A stretch of DNA of 64,000 nucleotides from an uncultured bacterium (GTDB lineage: Bacteria; Patescibacteriota; Minisyncoccia; Phycocordibacterales; PALSA-1337): positions 111,341 through 175,340 of the forward strand of contig CAWKEA010000005.1 in assembly GCA_963848635.1 (NCBI GenBank). Reading direction: 5' to 3'. The position numbers and the translations under genes are program-made. The notes under the pieces are model-generated. The model was given only the letters and a program-made list of their open reading frames with translations, did not search any database and was not told the DNA's origin. Of the stretch, positions 19,613 to 29,304 are shown piece after piece (position 1 is the first letter of the stretch; the number at the start of each line of letters is the position of its first letter).

Positions 19613-20713
19613 TTAATTGAGGGTGCTCTTGTCGAAGCCGGCGAACATCGTGTCGAACAGAGCGCTGAATATAGACGCCCAAAAGCCGCCTTTTGCGGCG
19701 ATCGCCCCTTTCCTTTCATTCACTCGTTCTCTCATAAATCCATCGCGGTGAAGACCTTTTTCTTGATCAGTCAATTGATTCCATATAGCATCATCTAGAT
19801 TATTTGTTGCATTGCTTCTCCATTTTTTAAAATCAGCCTTTATTGTCGCCTCATCGACCACTTCTTTCTTGATGTCATTCATTCCAAAGACTTCTTTCTT
19901 TTTCGGTTCCCCGGCCATCTCGCGGTTGAGCGCCTCCAGCATGTCTTGGTTCCCTTTTATGCTGAGAGCCAATACAGATCCGATCTCTCTTTTCCAATGG
20001 TCAAGCTCGGCAAACGCCGCCTCCAAATCTGTCTTCATCTCGACGAGCTGTCGGATCCTCTTGCCTGAAGTGAGCGCCTTCCAAAAGCCTGCATTTTCCA
20101 CGGCCAGCTTGTTGATGGCTTTTTTGCGTTCGACATCGTCGGATATCGCCGCGGCTTTCAGATATTTTTCTGGATTGATGCCTTGTTTTTTGCACAGATC
20201 TTCGACTTTGTCATTGAGCTCCTTGAATTGGCCATTCCTTGAATTCTGAAGGACTTTGACGCTGAGAGATATCTCTCTGAACCTGCTCGGATCGCTGACC
20301 GCTATCTTTTTGATCGTTTCATGGGATATCTTGACGATACCATCGGCGCCGACCTCCTGCATGATCCTTTGGATATCGGGATTATTTTTTGCTATCTGCT
20401 GTACCAGTTCAGGCGTCAGCTCGCTTTTTATGGCCTCCGCTTCACGCATTTTCTCGGAAAACGCGTCACGCGCTTCAGCTATCTTTTTCACATCGTCGGC
20501 CTCCATTTTTCCAGAAACCAGCCTGGCGAGCATTTCCTTGTCGTCAGGGTCTCCCGACTGTTCGATCATCTCGCCGAAAAGAGCGCTCGATTCCTTGCCG
20601 CTCAATATTTCCTTGACCGTGAGCGTATCCACCGGCTCTTCCGGTATGCCAGCCTTCTCTCGTCTGTCTTTTTCGAGCCTATCCTTCTCTTCGCTGAATA
20701 TGTCGATTTTCAT
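19613..20713 (-). CDS. Hypothetical coiled-coil-rich protein, 366 aa, first gene of the ATPase operon
   Basis: Charged helical sequence with no recognisable catalytic motifs. Confidence 0.5.
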   Translation of the reverse strand: MKIDIFSEEKDRLEKDRREKAGIPEEPVDTLTVKEILSGKESSALFGEMIEQSGDPDDKEMLARLVSGKMEADDVKKIAEARDAFSEKMREAEAIKSELTPELVQQIAKNNPDIQRIMQEVGADGIVKISHETIKKIAVSDPSRFREISLSVKVLQNSRNGQFKELNDKVEDLCKKQGINPEKYLKAAAISDDVERKKAINKLAVENAGFWKALTSGKRIRQLVEMKTDLEAAFAELDHWKREIGSVLALSIKGNQDMLEALNREMAGEPKKKEVFGMNDIKKEVVDEATIKADFKKWRSNATNNLDDAIWNQLTDQEKGLHRDGFMRERVNERKGAIAAKGGFWASIFSALFDTMFAGFDKSTLN

Positions 20714-20792
20714 GGTAGTGCTGTATTAGTAGTATAAATAAAAGGACGTCCTAATCATATAATGCTTGCGCCTTCTTGTGAAGCCGTCTTCT

Positions 20793-22472
20793 TCACAGCT
20801 CCCTCGGCTCTGGAACGACGATCTTTGCCTTCCATATCTTTGAATGGAGCGTGCGCCAGACCTCTGATATCTCGGGGTTTTTCATCATGATGAAAATACC
20901 TGCGCAGACCGCAATGCCGAATAATCCAGCCAGAAATCCTTGCATGAAGACGTTGAATGTCGTAGTCAAGGGGAAGAATATATTAAAGAATCGCAGGCCG
21001 AGGTATGCGGCGTAGCCGCCTATCACGGCTGACGATAGGCTTTGGAAAAAGACGTCGCCGAGGCGCCGGGAAAAGCCCGGGAAGTCACGATCGAAGATAT
21101 ACCAATGGAGAAAGGTGTTAACGATCGCACCGATGGAAAAAGCCAAGGGCAACATGAGCACTCCGACGCCGACCTGGTCGGAGACCTTGAGGAGCGATTG
21201 GATGAAATACTGGAACATGGGCCATGCATAATATGCTTTGTCGAGAAAATACCCCATACCCGCGATGAGCAGTGCGGAAAATATATTGACGATGAGCGGC
21301 TTCCTCGTCAGGCCTTGGGAATAATACGCGCGCACATAGAGGAGGATAAGCCCCTGGCCGACGATGGAGATGATAAAGAGGGCGAGGGCGGCGGCGGTAA
21401 GGCGCGTGTCGTTCCAGTCGAAAGCTCCCGCACCGAGGATGACACGGACGATATTGGCTCGCAGGACGATGAAGAGCGCCGTGACTGGCAGTGACCAAAA
21501 TATGATATGGCGCGCCGAAGTGGCCATCTCTGTGAGGAATTCTTCTCGTTTGCCGCTTGAAAATAATTTTGACAGCGTCGGAAATGCGGCCGAAGAATAG
21601 CTGACGCCGATGATGGTGAGCGGCACTGACTCGATAGAATTAGCGAAATTGAAGATAGAAATCGATCCTCCTGCCATGAACGACGCCAATGCTATGAGAA
21701 AAAACGAGGCCAGCTGGTTAGCTGAAAGGGTCAACGTCCGCGGCAAAGACAAGAAGAACACCTTGCGTATGCTGGGCCAATCTACCGCCCAGGTGAAATG
21801 CGGGAAGACCCGCGTCCGCACGATGAATGGGATCTGCACTGCCATATGCATGCACGCACCGAGGGCGACGCCCCAGACTAATCCAGCGAGACCAAGATAG
21901 CGGTAAAAGACCACCGCACCGATTATCATGCCGAGATTGTAGAGGATCGGCGACAATGAATAGATCAGGAAGCGCCGATTCATCTGCGTCACGCTCGAAA
22001 AAAAATTCGATAGGCCAAGAAAGAACGGCGAAAGCAACATGATGCGCATCGCGGCGACGAGAGACGAAAAATCGGCGTCATGGGCAAAGCCTGGCAGAAA
22101 CGTCCGCACAAGCCATGGCGCCAGGATATAGGCGACGATGGAGACGACGACGATAGCCGCAAAAAAGACAGTGAAGACTGAATCGATGAATTTCTTGCCC
22201 TTTTCATCGCTCTCGTCGAAATATCCGATCAGAAAAGGGATAAGCACAGAGGCAGAGACGGTCGAGGCGATAGTGGTATAGATGAGGTCTGGTATGCGGA
22301 AAGCCGCATAAAAGAGGTCAAGGGTGTGCCCCGCTCCGAACATGAATGCCAGTATCCGATCGCCGACCAGGCCAAGGACTTGCGAGGCAAGAGCAAAAAA
22401 AGCGAGAAGATATGCGGCCTCATGAAGGCCGCGTATCTCACTGCCGAGGGCCGCAAAGAACTTTTTGACCAT
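20793..22472 (-). CDS. murJ: Lipid II flippase MurJ (MviN)
   Basis: Fourteen-TM MOP-family profile; N-terminal RGLHEAAYLLAFFALASQVLGLVGDRILAFMFGAG...DLFYAAFRIPDL. Confidence 0.8.
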   Translation of the reverse strand: MVKKFFAALGSEIRGLHEAAYLLAFFALASQVLGLVGDRILAFMFGAGHTLDLFYAAFRIPDLIYTTIASTVSASVLIPFLIGYFDESDEKGKKFIDSVFTVFFAAIVVVSIVAYILAPWLVRTFLPGFAHDADFSSLVAAMRIMLLSPFFLGLSNFFSSVTQMNRRFLIYSLSPILYNLGMIIGAVVFYRYLGLAGLVWGVALGACMHMAVQIPFIVRTRVFPHFTWAVDWPSIRKVFFLSLPRTLTLSANQLASFFLIALASFMAGGSISIFNFANSIESVPLTIIGVSYSSAAFPTLSKLFSSGKREEFLTEMATSARHIIFWSLPVTALFIVLRANIVRVILGAGAFDWNDTRLTAAALALFIISIVGQGLILLYVRAYYSQGLTRKPLIVNIFSALLIAGMGYFLDKAYYAWPMFQYFIQSLLKVSDQVGVGVLMLPLAFSIGAIVNTFLHWYIFDRDFPGFSRRLGDVFFQSLSSAVIGGYAAYLGLRFFNIFFPLTTTFNVFMQGFLAGLFGIAVCAGIFIMMKNPEISEVWRTLHSKIWKAKIVVPEPREL

Positions 22473-22477
22473 GCCGT

Positions 22478-24934
22478 TTATTGTCCTGCCGTGTTGCTTG
22501 TGCCTGAGTCGGCAGAAGTCTTGCCTTCGACCGGTGGAGAAGTCCTTTTTTCTGGGGTCGAGACAGGGGGAGCCTGATTTGCAAACGCGCTCTTGCCGCC
22601 CTTTAGGTTCGACAGGATGCCAGCGACGTCCGCATTGTCTGGATTTGTCTTTGACAATTGCTCGAATTGCGCGATCGCATCGGCGTTATCCCCTGTCTTT
22701 GAATATGAGAGCCCGAGGAAATATTGGGCATTAGCATAATTAGGACTCAAGGAGACAGCTTGGGAGAGAGACGCGACGGCGTCGGAATACTCTCCGGCAT
22801 TGTATTGCAAAAGGCCGAGCTCGAAGAATGCTGTCGGATCATTTGGAGTCAATTGGGTAGCGAATTTGACCGAAGTGATAGCGTCTGCAGTATTGCCTTC
22901 TGCCACTTGGATCTGCGACAAAAGATATACCGCATCAGTGTAATTATTTTTGAGCTGAAGGGCTCGAACCAATATAGCTTGTCGCATCGCTGTATTTGCT
23001 CTGTCCGGCGGCTGTTTGGGCAAGGTCGAGGTACAGCAAAGGGCTATACGGATTATACTTGAGAGCATTGGTATACGCGGTGACGGCCGCGGCATAGGCG
23101 CCATTGATCTGGAGCCCCGCAGCTATTGAGTAGACCTGCGCTTCGGACAGATAATTATGGTAATCCGATGGATCGTGCTTGACCGCATCGACTGCGTTAG
23201 CGGCTCCTTCATTGACGAGAGCCCCTATCTGCTGGATTTGTGCCTGTGTCGGCTTTGCGCTCGAGCCAGCGGAATATATCGTTGTGCGATCATGCGCACC
23301 GCTGTGAGATCCGTTTGAGCCAAGGCCTGATCGTATATGTCTTCATGGTCCAAAGCCAAAGCTTTGTAAAAGTAGTTATGGGCTTTGGACATGCCAACAG
23401 ACGACAATGGAGAAGCGGAAATGTCAGCGACCCCGGCGGTAAAGTATCCGAAAGCAGTAGCCCTCATCGCATATACGACGAAGCCCGCGATCAGCACAAG
23501 AAGGATGATCGCTCCAAAAGACCTACCATAGAGCCTCGTTTTCCCTTCCCACTTGGAAGGAAGCGCGACCAGCCTCATATCTCCGGACCGAATGCATGAA
23601 CCGAAAAAGATTCCAATAAAGACGAATGTCAGAAAGAAATTGACGTACGAAGGGACATATACCAGATCGATATAAAGCAGGAATGCTCCCGCAAAGAACG
23701 ATGAGAAAGAGATAAAGGGCAAGAATATGCCGTTTCCCTGATCATCTGATGATTTGTCCGCCCGGACAGCAGGGCCTTTGCGGAGTACCTTCACGCCTGT
23801 ACGGATAAAGTAGACGTACAAGAGGCATAGGAGCACAATGCCTGACAAGCCGAGGGAAAGGGCTGTGGTCAGAACGATGCTTGAGCCATTTGAGAATTCA
23901 GTGGACCACAATTGGGTCAGATTTATAGCCAAAGGCTTGTACAGGAGATATTCCTTGGCGAACGTGTTTGGACCAGAGCCGAGAATAGGAGACACGTTCA
24001 TGATGCTTGTGCCGATGTTGAGAGTCGTCTGCCACGACAGAGGCGTCTCAGAATATCCTACCTTCAAAGCGCTGGCGAGAGGGTTCGTGACGCTGTTTCC
24101 TTGCCATACCATAAATACTGCCACGATGAAGACGATGCCGGAAAAGACTGGCAGGCGTTTGCTGACCGGAATGTCCTTTTTCTCATTGAAAAGCCTATGG
24201 AAAATGAGGGCAAGGAAAACCAGGGCGATGCCGAGCCAAACCGACGGCAAGCCAGCAATCAAGAGAAAGAAGAATGGGACTGCGAACAAAACGCCTGCCG
24301 CGCATTTGACGGCCTTGCTCATCGGAAAATACAGGAACGCAATGCCGAGAAGTATAAATATGATGCCGGAGAATATACCTAGGTTGTACCACGTGCCGAG
24401 GGGCGTAGTAGCGGCTCCGATAAATAGGCCGAAAGAGAGCGCCGATGGGTCTGCCAGCTTTATGATCTGGAAAAGGGTTACAACCAAGAAGCTAGAGAAT
24501 AGCGCTGTATATATCGTTAGCGCGCGAGACGAGCTACGCGAGGAATAAAGAGCCGTCAAGAGGAGAGCAATGCCCAGTATGATCATGAAGGCCGCTGTCG
24601 GATATTCGAATCCTTGGCCGAAAAAATATTTCAGGAAATCACCGCTCCAAGCGGAGGATAGCGCGAGAAGGACAACAAAAATGACGCTGATATACGATAT
24701 TGGATTGGCTATCCATTCAAAGGACTTTATCTTCCAGCGGGAGATAGCATACAGTATCGCCGAAACAAGAACGCCGAATGCAAGGAGATAGCCTTTGACT
24801 GCATTCTGTTCCAAATATGGAATAGGAATGACCACGATTGGTGCAAGAAAGATAAGAGCTGTCAAGATGCCATAGCCCCAAGATTCGAGCTTCGAGCTTG
24901 GTACTGCTTGGGCTGGTATTTGTTCTGGATTCAT
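22478..24934 (-). pseudogene. O-antigen-ligase-like (Wzy_C-type) polytopic membrane protein with a long C-terminal TPR domain, interrupted by at least two frameshifts (about 23250 and 22950)
   Basis: A 569-aa 12-TM ORF ends in a TPR-like tail; TPR-like reading continues in a second frame (..AYAAAVTAYTNALKYNPYSPLLYLDLAQTAAGQSKYSDAT) and then in the 22478-23104 ORF frame. Confidence 0.55.
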
Positions 24935-25204
24935 AGTTGTTATGCAGATTACTAGTTAATAATTGTTAATAAAAACTGCATTCAGCGCCTTATACTTATA
25001 AATCAACCGACTTATTTTATGCGTATGACGGAAAGTATATCATGGCTCAACAAGAAACATATGCACATAATCGGTCAGACTGTGGAAATCATATATCGAT
25101 CCCCTGTTGTAAATCCGCTTTTCGTCATCATGACATTTGGTATTGCTTGAGAAATATCAATGAACAAGCACATATAAAAACCCCTTCGTGCGAAGAGGTT
25201 TTTA

Positions 25205-25622
25205 TATGCCCTGCCGATAAGCCGAATTTTGTCATGCCTGCCTTAACGGCAGACAAGGACGGTCATCTATCTAGGACGCGCGTCGCCGCGCGCCTCAAGC
25301 GACTCTCTCTGCTTTGCGCGAAGCTCTGCAGAGTGCGGTCTTGCACCGAAGTAAGGATTTAGCCGTTGCACTTCCGCATCTCTGCGGAATTCATCCGCCA
25401 CTGCTCGCACGCGAGCTTTGGCGGATGCCTTCACCTTTCGGATCAGGCGTCACTGTTCGCACCTCGCACATTGCTGTGTACAGGCGTTACCTGTTACCCT
25501 TGTGCTCCCTTGAACGACATGGATGCCATTCGCCGCTTTCGCGGCCGGAAGCCGGTGTTCGGACTTTCCTCACTCGCTCCAAACCAAGGTCTGGACCAAG
25601 CGCGATCGTCTGGCAGGGCAAA
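25205..25622 (-). ncRNA. rnpB: RNase P RNA, bacterial type A
   Basis: Minus strand reads ...GAGGAAAGUCCGAACACC (P4 5' strand), AAGGGUAACAGGUAACGCCUG (GGUAAG-type module), GACAAAAUUCGGCUUAUCGG (P4 3' strand ACAnAAnnCGGCUUA), and P1 ends UGCCCUGCC/GGCAGGGCA. Confidence 0.85.
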
Positions 25623-25657
25623 ATAACTATACCATGCTGACGCGTATTTGGCTATAT

Positions 25658-25686
25658 ATAGAAAGCGCCGACCTGTGAGGGCGGCG
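25658..25686 (-). terminator. GC hairpin (gcgccg N9 cggcgc) downstream of ORF 25707-26213
   Basis: agcgccgacctgtgagggcggcgcgct read from the sequence. Confidence 0.4.
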
Positions 25687-25706
25687 CGCTGAAGGATTTT
25701 GATTGA

Positions 25707-26213
25707 TTAGAAGCGTACCGGTTCACGAGATACAAGGGCCGGGTGCGTACAGCGCATATATTCCATGTATTCGACCCACTTGTCTCTGTATTTGACTTCG
25801 GTATGTTGGACGATCTGGCTCTGTTTCAACAGATCCTTGACACATCCCTCATTCATCCCGAGCTTCAACAAAACCACAAAAGCCAGGGTGATCGACGACT
25901 CACAAAACGGCTTACCTGGTAAAAGCCTGAAGCGCAATTCGACATTGTCACGATGGGAGATGGTCGAAACTATGTTCGATCCCCCGATAGTCGCCAAGAT
26001 GTCTCTGATCTGAAGATGTTCAACTTGGCCTGCCATCCCTCCAGACGGTAAACAGGCCTTGATGATCGCCACATTCGTTCTTCCATCCGATTGGCACAAG
26101 AACGAATACAGATTGCAGTGATCACCATCCCCTGGCGAACTCTTGAGCCTGACAAACGGTCGGTATGTGTTGTGACCGATGATGCTCACTGTCGTACAAG
26201 TACGTCTTTTCAT
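25707..26213 (-). CDS. Hypothetical protein, 168 aa (IIGHN...GDGDH motifs)
   Basis: ORF with protein-like composition; no confident family assignment. Confidence 0.45.
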   Translation of the reverse strand: MKRRTCTTVSIIGHNTYRPFVRLKSSPGDGDHCNLYSFLCQSDGRTNVAIIKACLPSGGMAGQVEHLQIRDILATIGGSNIVSTISHRDNVELRFRLLPGKPFCESSITLAFVVLLKLGMNEGCVKDLLKQSQIVQHTEVKYRDKWVEYMEYMRCTHPALVSREPVRF

Positions 26214-26460
26214 AGCTATAACAGCTGTCTACTGAACTCAGGATTTTATATCAAGAGTGATTGGAATTCTAACCAATTCTTTTAAAGAACAGCTGAACGT
26301 AAATTACCATACAAATATTGTATTGTCCACTCGACGTTCTTTTTCTCAAAAGGCAACGCTTGCGCTAATATCAGCATCAGCACGGGTTCTATTCTTTTTC
26401 CTTTTACATATTTTTGATTGCCGCTTTCCCATCCCAGCCTCCTCATATTCCTAATACATA

Positions 26461-26652
26461 AAAGTTGACAAGAAAGTTGTCAACTTTTATGGACAAGAAA
26501 AAAACGCCTCACAGGAAGCGTTTGAAACGGTCATGGGAAACTACATCATACTGAGTGGATTCCCTTCAATTTCCTTGGCAACAAAAAGTTGACAAGAATC
26601 TTGCCAACTTTCAACGGCAAGAAAAAAGCGCCGGCCGGGTGACGGCTGGCGC
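26461..26652 (-). repeat. Two tandem copies, 122 bp apart, of a module consisting of a minus-strand terminator hairpin with T-run plus a TTGACA-containing palindrome (agttgacaa N5 ttgtcaact)
   Basis: Unit 1 at 26461-26523 and unit 2 at 26583-26652 share aaagttgacaagaa..ttg.caactt...caagaaaaaa plus a GC hairpin. Confidence 0.6.
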
Positions 26653-26673
26653 GATGTGAATACCGATTACACG

Positions 26674-27105
26674 TTAACCTTCCATCCCAAACGAATCTGG
26701 ATAATGACGTATCGGTTCGAGCCTGGCATATTCGCGATCAGCGTGCCGTCGGCCGATAATGATTTTGTCGCCTTTCTCTTTCTGGCCAAGAATCCATCGA
26801 CAATAGAGCACTTTGCCGCTCTGATCGGTCGAATCATATCCGACCTTGACAGCGCAGTATCCGAGCAAGGATCGCACATTGTTGCCTCTGATGAACAAAG
26901 TTGCTGGTCCGAGTCCACTCAAATACGTCCACTCGCTACTTGCACCGTCCTTGTTTTTTGTGCCGCCCCATGACGAACCACCGAAGCCCCAGCCAAACGT
27001 GTTCGAGATAACGCGGCATACGTGTCCACAGATTTTTTGAATGAGCATAATTTCCTTTCTTTTGGAATTTAAACCAAGGATATGATTGATTTGGGTAATT
27101 GTCAA
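26674..27105 (-). CDS. Hypothetical secreted protein, possibly an RlpA-like double-psi beta-barrel
   Basis: Weak resemblance only (GYDSTDQSGKVLYCRWILG...IIIGRRHADREY); overlaps the rarA stop by 4 nt. Confidence 0.35.
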   Translation of the reverse strand: MTITQINHILGLNSKRKEIMLIQKICGHVCRVISNTFGWGFGGSSWGGTKNKDGASSEWTYLSGLGPATLFIRGNNVRSLLGYCAVKVGYDSTDQSGKVLYCRWILGQKEKGDKIIIGRRHADREYARLEPIRHYPDSFGMEG

Positions 27106-28274
27106 GATTTCCTCTTCAGGTATTTCTTCCCTTTCAATTTCTCCGGCAGGTAGCCGCTCTTGTCGTATTTTTCATAGCCTTTGCCATAATTCAGATCTTT
27201 CATCAATTTCGTCGGCGCGTTGCGGATGCGGAGCGGAATGGGCAAGTTCCCTGTCTTCTTTACATCAGACAAAGCCTCCATGTAGGCGTCGTAGGCACTG
27301 CGGTCTTTGGCGGCGAGGGCAAGGTAGGCCACGCCGTGCGCGAGGTTCTCGCGGCATTCGGGCAGCCCGATATATTCGACAGCGGCAAAGACGGCGTTGG
27401 CGACGACGAGGGCTGTCGGCTGGGCGAGGCCGATGTCTTCGCTGGCGAACACGACCATGCGGCGGGCGATGAACTTGGGGTCTTCGCCGCCTTCGAGCAT
27501 GCGGGCCAGATAGTATATGGCGGCGTCAGCGTCGCCGGCGCGCATGCTTTTGATGAAGGCGCTGATGGTGTCGTAGTGCTCTTCTCCTTTTTTATCGAAA
27601 CGGATAAAGGAATGCTCGAAGGTGTTCTTGAGATTCTCCAGCGTTATCGGCCCGTAGAGGCGCTGGCAATTCTCGATAGCGGTGATGGCGATGCGCGCGT
27701 CGCCGTTCGACAGTGCCGCCAGCCATTCGAGGGCGTCCTTGCCTACTTTTATCTTGGTCCTCTTTACGATGGCCTTGATATCCGCCTCGGTCAGCGGTTG
27801 CAGGACAAAGACCCTGCAGCGCGACAGGAGCGCGGGGATGACCTCAAAGCTGGGATTCTCCGTCGTCGCGCCGATGAGGGTGAGCCGGCCGGACTCCACA
27901 TAGGGCAAAAGAAAATCCTGCTGGGCCTTGTTGAAGCGGTGGATCTCGTCGAGGAATAGCACTTTTGGGCGGCCTTCGAGCAAGGTGTCCGGTTCGTCGA
28001 TGATCTTCCTTATGTCTTCTTTCCCTGCCGAAACAGCAGAGAGCTCATATATCCTGGCATTGACCGCCTTCGCATAGATCCTGGCAATCGTCGTCTTGCC
28101 AGTGCCGGGTGGGCCCCACAATAGAAAAGAAAACAGATGCTTGTCATCAATGGCTTTGCGGAGCGGTTTTCCTTGGCCCACTAAATGCTCTTGACCGACA
28201 AAGTCTTTGAGAGTTTGAGGCCGAATCTTGTTTGCGAGGGGTTCCATGACGTAAGTATACGCTTTTTTGTGCAT
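27102..28274 (-). CDS. rarA: Replication-associated recombination protein A (RarA/MgsA), AAA+ ATPase
   Basis: [16 protein letters not shown] Walker [11 protein letters not shown] Walker B, sensor motifs and C-terminal MgsA helical domain. Confidence 0.9.
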   Translation of the reverse strand: MHKKAYTYVMEPLANKIRPQTLKDFVGQEHLVGQGKPLRKAIDDKHLFSFLLWGPPGTGKTTIARIYAKAVNARIYELSAVSAGKEDIRKIIDEPDTLLEGRPKVLFLDEIHRFNKAQQDFLLPYVESGRLTLIGATTENPSFEVIPALLSRCRVFVLQPLTEADIKAIVKRTKIKVGKDALEWLAALSNGDARIAITAIENCQRLYGPITLENLKNTFEHSFIRFDKKGEEHYDTISAFIKSMRAGDADAAIYYLARMLEGGEDPKFIARRMVVFASEDIGLAQPTALVVANAVFAAVEYIGLPECRENLAHGVAYLALAAKDRSAYDAYMEALSDVKKTGNLPIPLRIRNAPTKLMKDLNYGKGYEKYDKSGYLPEKLKGKKYLKRKS

Positions 28275-28322
28275 GAAAAAAGAGCCACTCGTGAGAGCGG
28301 CCCTTGAAACTAACGTGGAGGG

Positions 28323-29054
28323 TTACCGAGGAACCAGAACGGCAGCAAAGCAATGTTCAGGCCAGGGACCGACAGGAATAGGCTTGAGGCCGAGTGTGAT
28401 CAAACCTTTCTTGTTTGATGTCAAAGCTGGCGCAAGCACGTATTTCTTATCCAAGGAATTGCCTAAAAAGACAGTCCCGAGAAAGAAAAGCGTCTCGTTA
28501 GCCCATTCATCTGAGAACGGCGGTCCTGAAAAGACGCCTTGAGCCCGGAAATTTTCTCCTGTGAGCCATCGAGCTGCCGCCAAATTCAGATCATAGTAGT
28601 GAGGTGCTGGACTGTCGAGACGATCTCGCGAATACATTCCGTCCACAATACATGAGCCAGTCGGTTGGTAAACTGCGACCTTCATGTCGCCGAGAATGAG
28701 GCCACCCCCTTCGCACTCGAGAGTCCATATTCCCAAACCGATATCCGAAATGGCTTTGCTGATGCTGACATCCTCCGGAGCGATAACCGGTTCCAGGTGA
28801 TTGATATTCCAACCGCGATCCAAATTGACCGTCTCCCAGTCTTGTTCTGGAAGAGGAATCGTACCGCGGAGAGCGCCGAGGAACTGCTCGAGGATCCTGT
28901 CGTTGACAGTCCGCATGCAGACCAAGTCATATTGTGTAGCGCCCACCTCACGCAGCTTGCAGAGGAATTTGTGAAGGTGTCCTGCTTCTCTGCCGAGCTC
29001 ATTGGTATTGTCGTGAGCGTTTACCTTAACCGTAGTGTTTGGCTTACCATTCAT
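28323..29054 (-). CDS. Hypothetical protein, about 243 aa
   Basis: ORF with a likely start at MNGKPNTT; flanked by a diverged duplicate of the rarA 5' end, so probably an inserted gene. Confidence 0.45.
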   Translation of the reverse strand: MNGKPNTTVKVNAHDNTNELGREAGHLHKFLCKLREVGATQYDLVCMRTVNDRILEQFLGALRGTIPLPEQDWETVNLDRGWNINHLEPVIAPEDVSISKAISDIGLGIWTLECEGGGLILGDMKVAVYQPTGSCIVDGMYSRDRLDSPAPHYYDLNLAAARWLTGENFRAQGVFSGPPFSDEWANETLFFLGTVFLGNSLDKKYVLAPALTSNKKGLITLGLKPIPVGPWPEHCFAAVLVPR

Positions 29055-29179
29055 GGTATTTGCCTTTCTTTTTTGCGGCGTATCCCTGAGGGAAATGCCT
29101 TTGTTAATGAGCAATCAAGCCCTTGAAATCACACGATTCCAAGGCTGGTCACTTCGTGATCTACTATACCACGATTTGT

Positions 29180-29270
29180 ATGTATTTGCAAGATACCGCC
29201 TGCCCGACGAATTCAGCCAGATTTTGCTGGCGAATTTTTGAGGCGAGGGGTTCCATGGCGTAAGGATACT
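29180..29270 (-). repeat. Diverged duplicate of the rarA promoter and 5' coding end (MEPLASKIRQQNLAEFVGQAV... then stop)
   Basis: gcgaggggttccatggcgtaaggatac at 29239-29268 matches gcgaggggttccatgacgtaagtatac at the true rarA start, 28233-28259; translated similarity continues for about 20 aa. Confidence 0.6.
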
Positions 29271-29304
29271 CTCAAAAATAAGAAATCTATACTATAATTA
29301 TTCC

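Noticed and set aside
25042-25640. Plus-strand ORFs of 86-108 aa in the ORF track
   Set aside because: They overlap the minus-strand RNase P RNA gene (conserved GAGGAAAGUCC and CGGCUUA elements); translations are low-complexity. Treated as spurious.
26461-26652. Repeated units read as a CRISPR array
   Set aside because: Only two copies, about 65 nt each and 122 bp apart, diverged from each other, with no cas genes. They look like terminator/operator modules.
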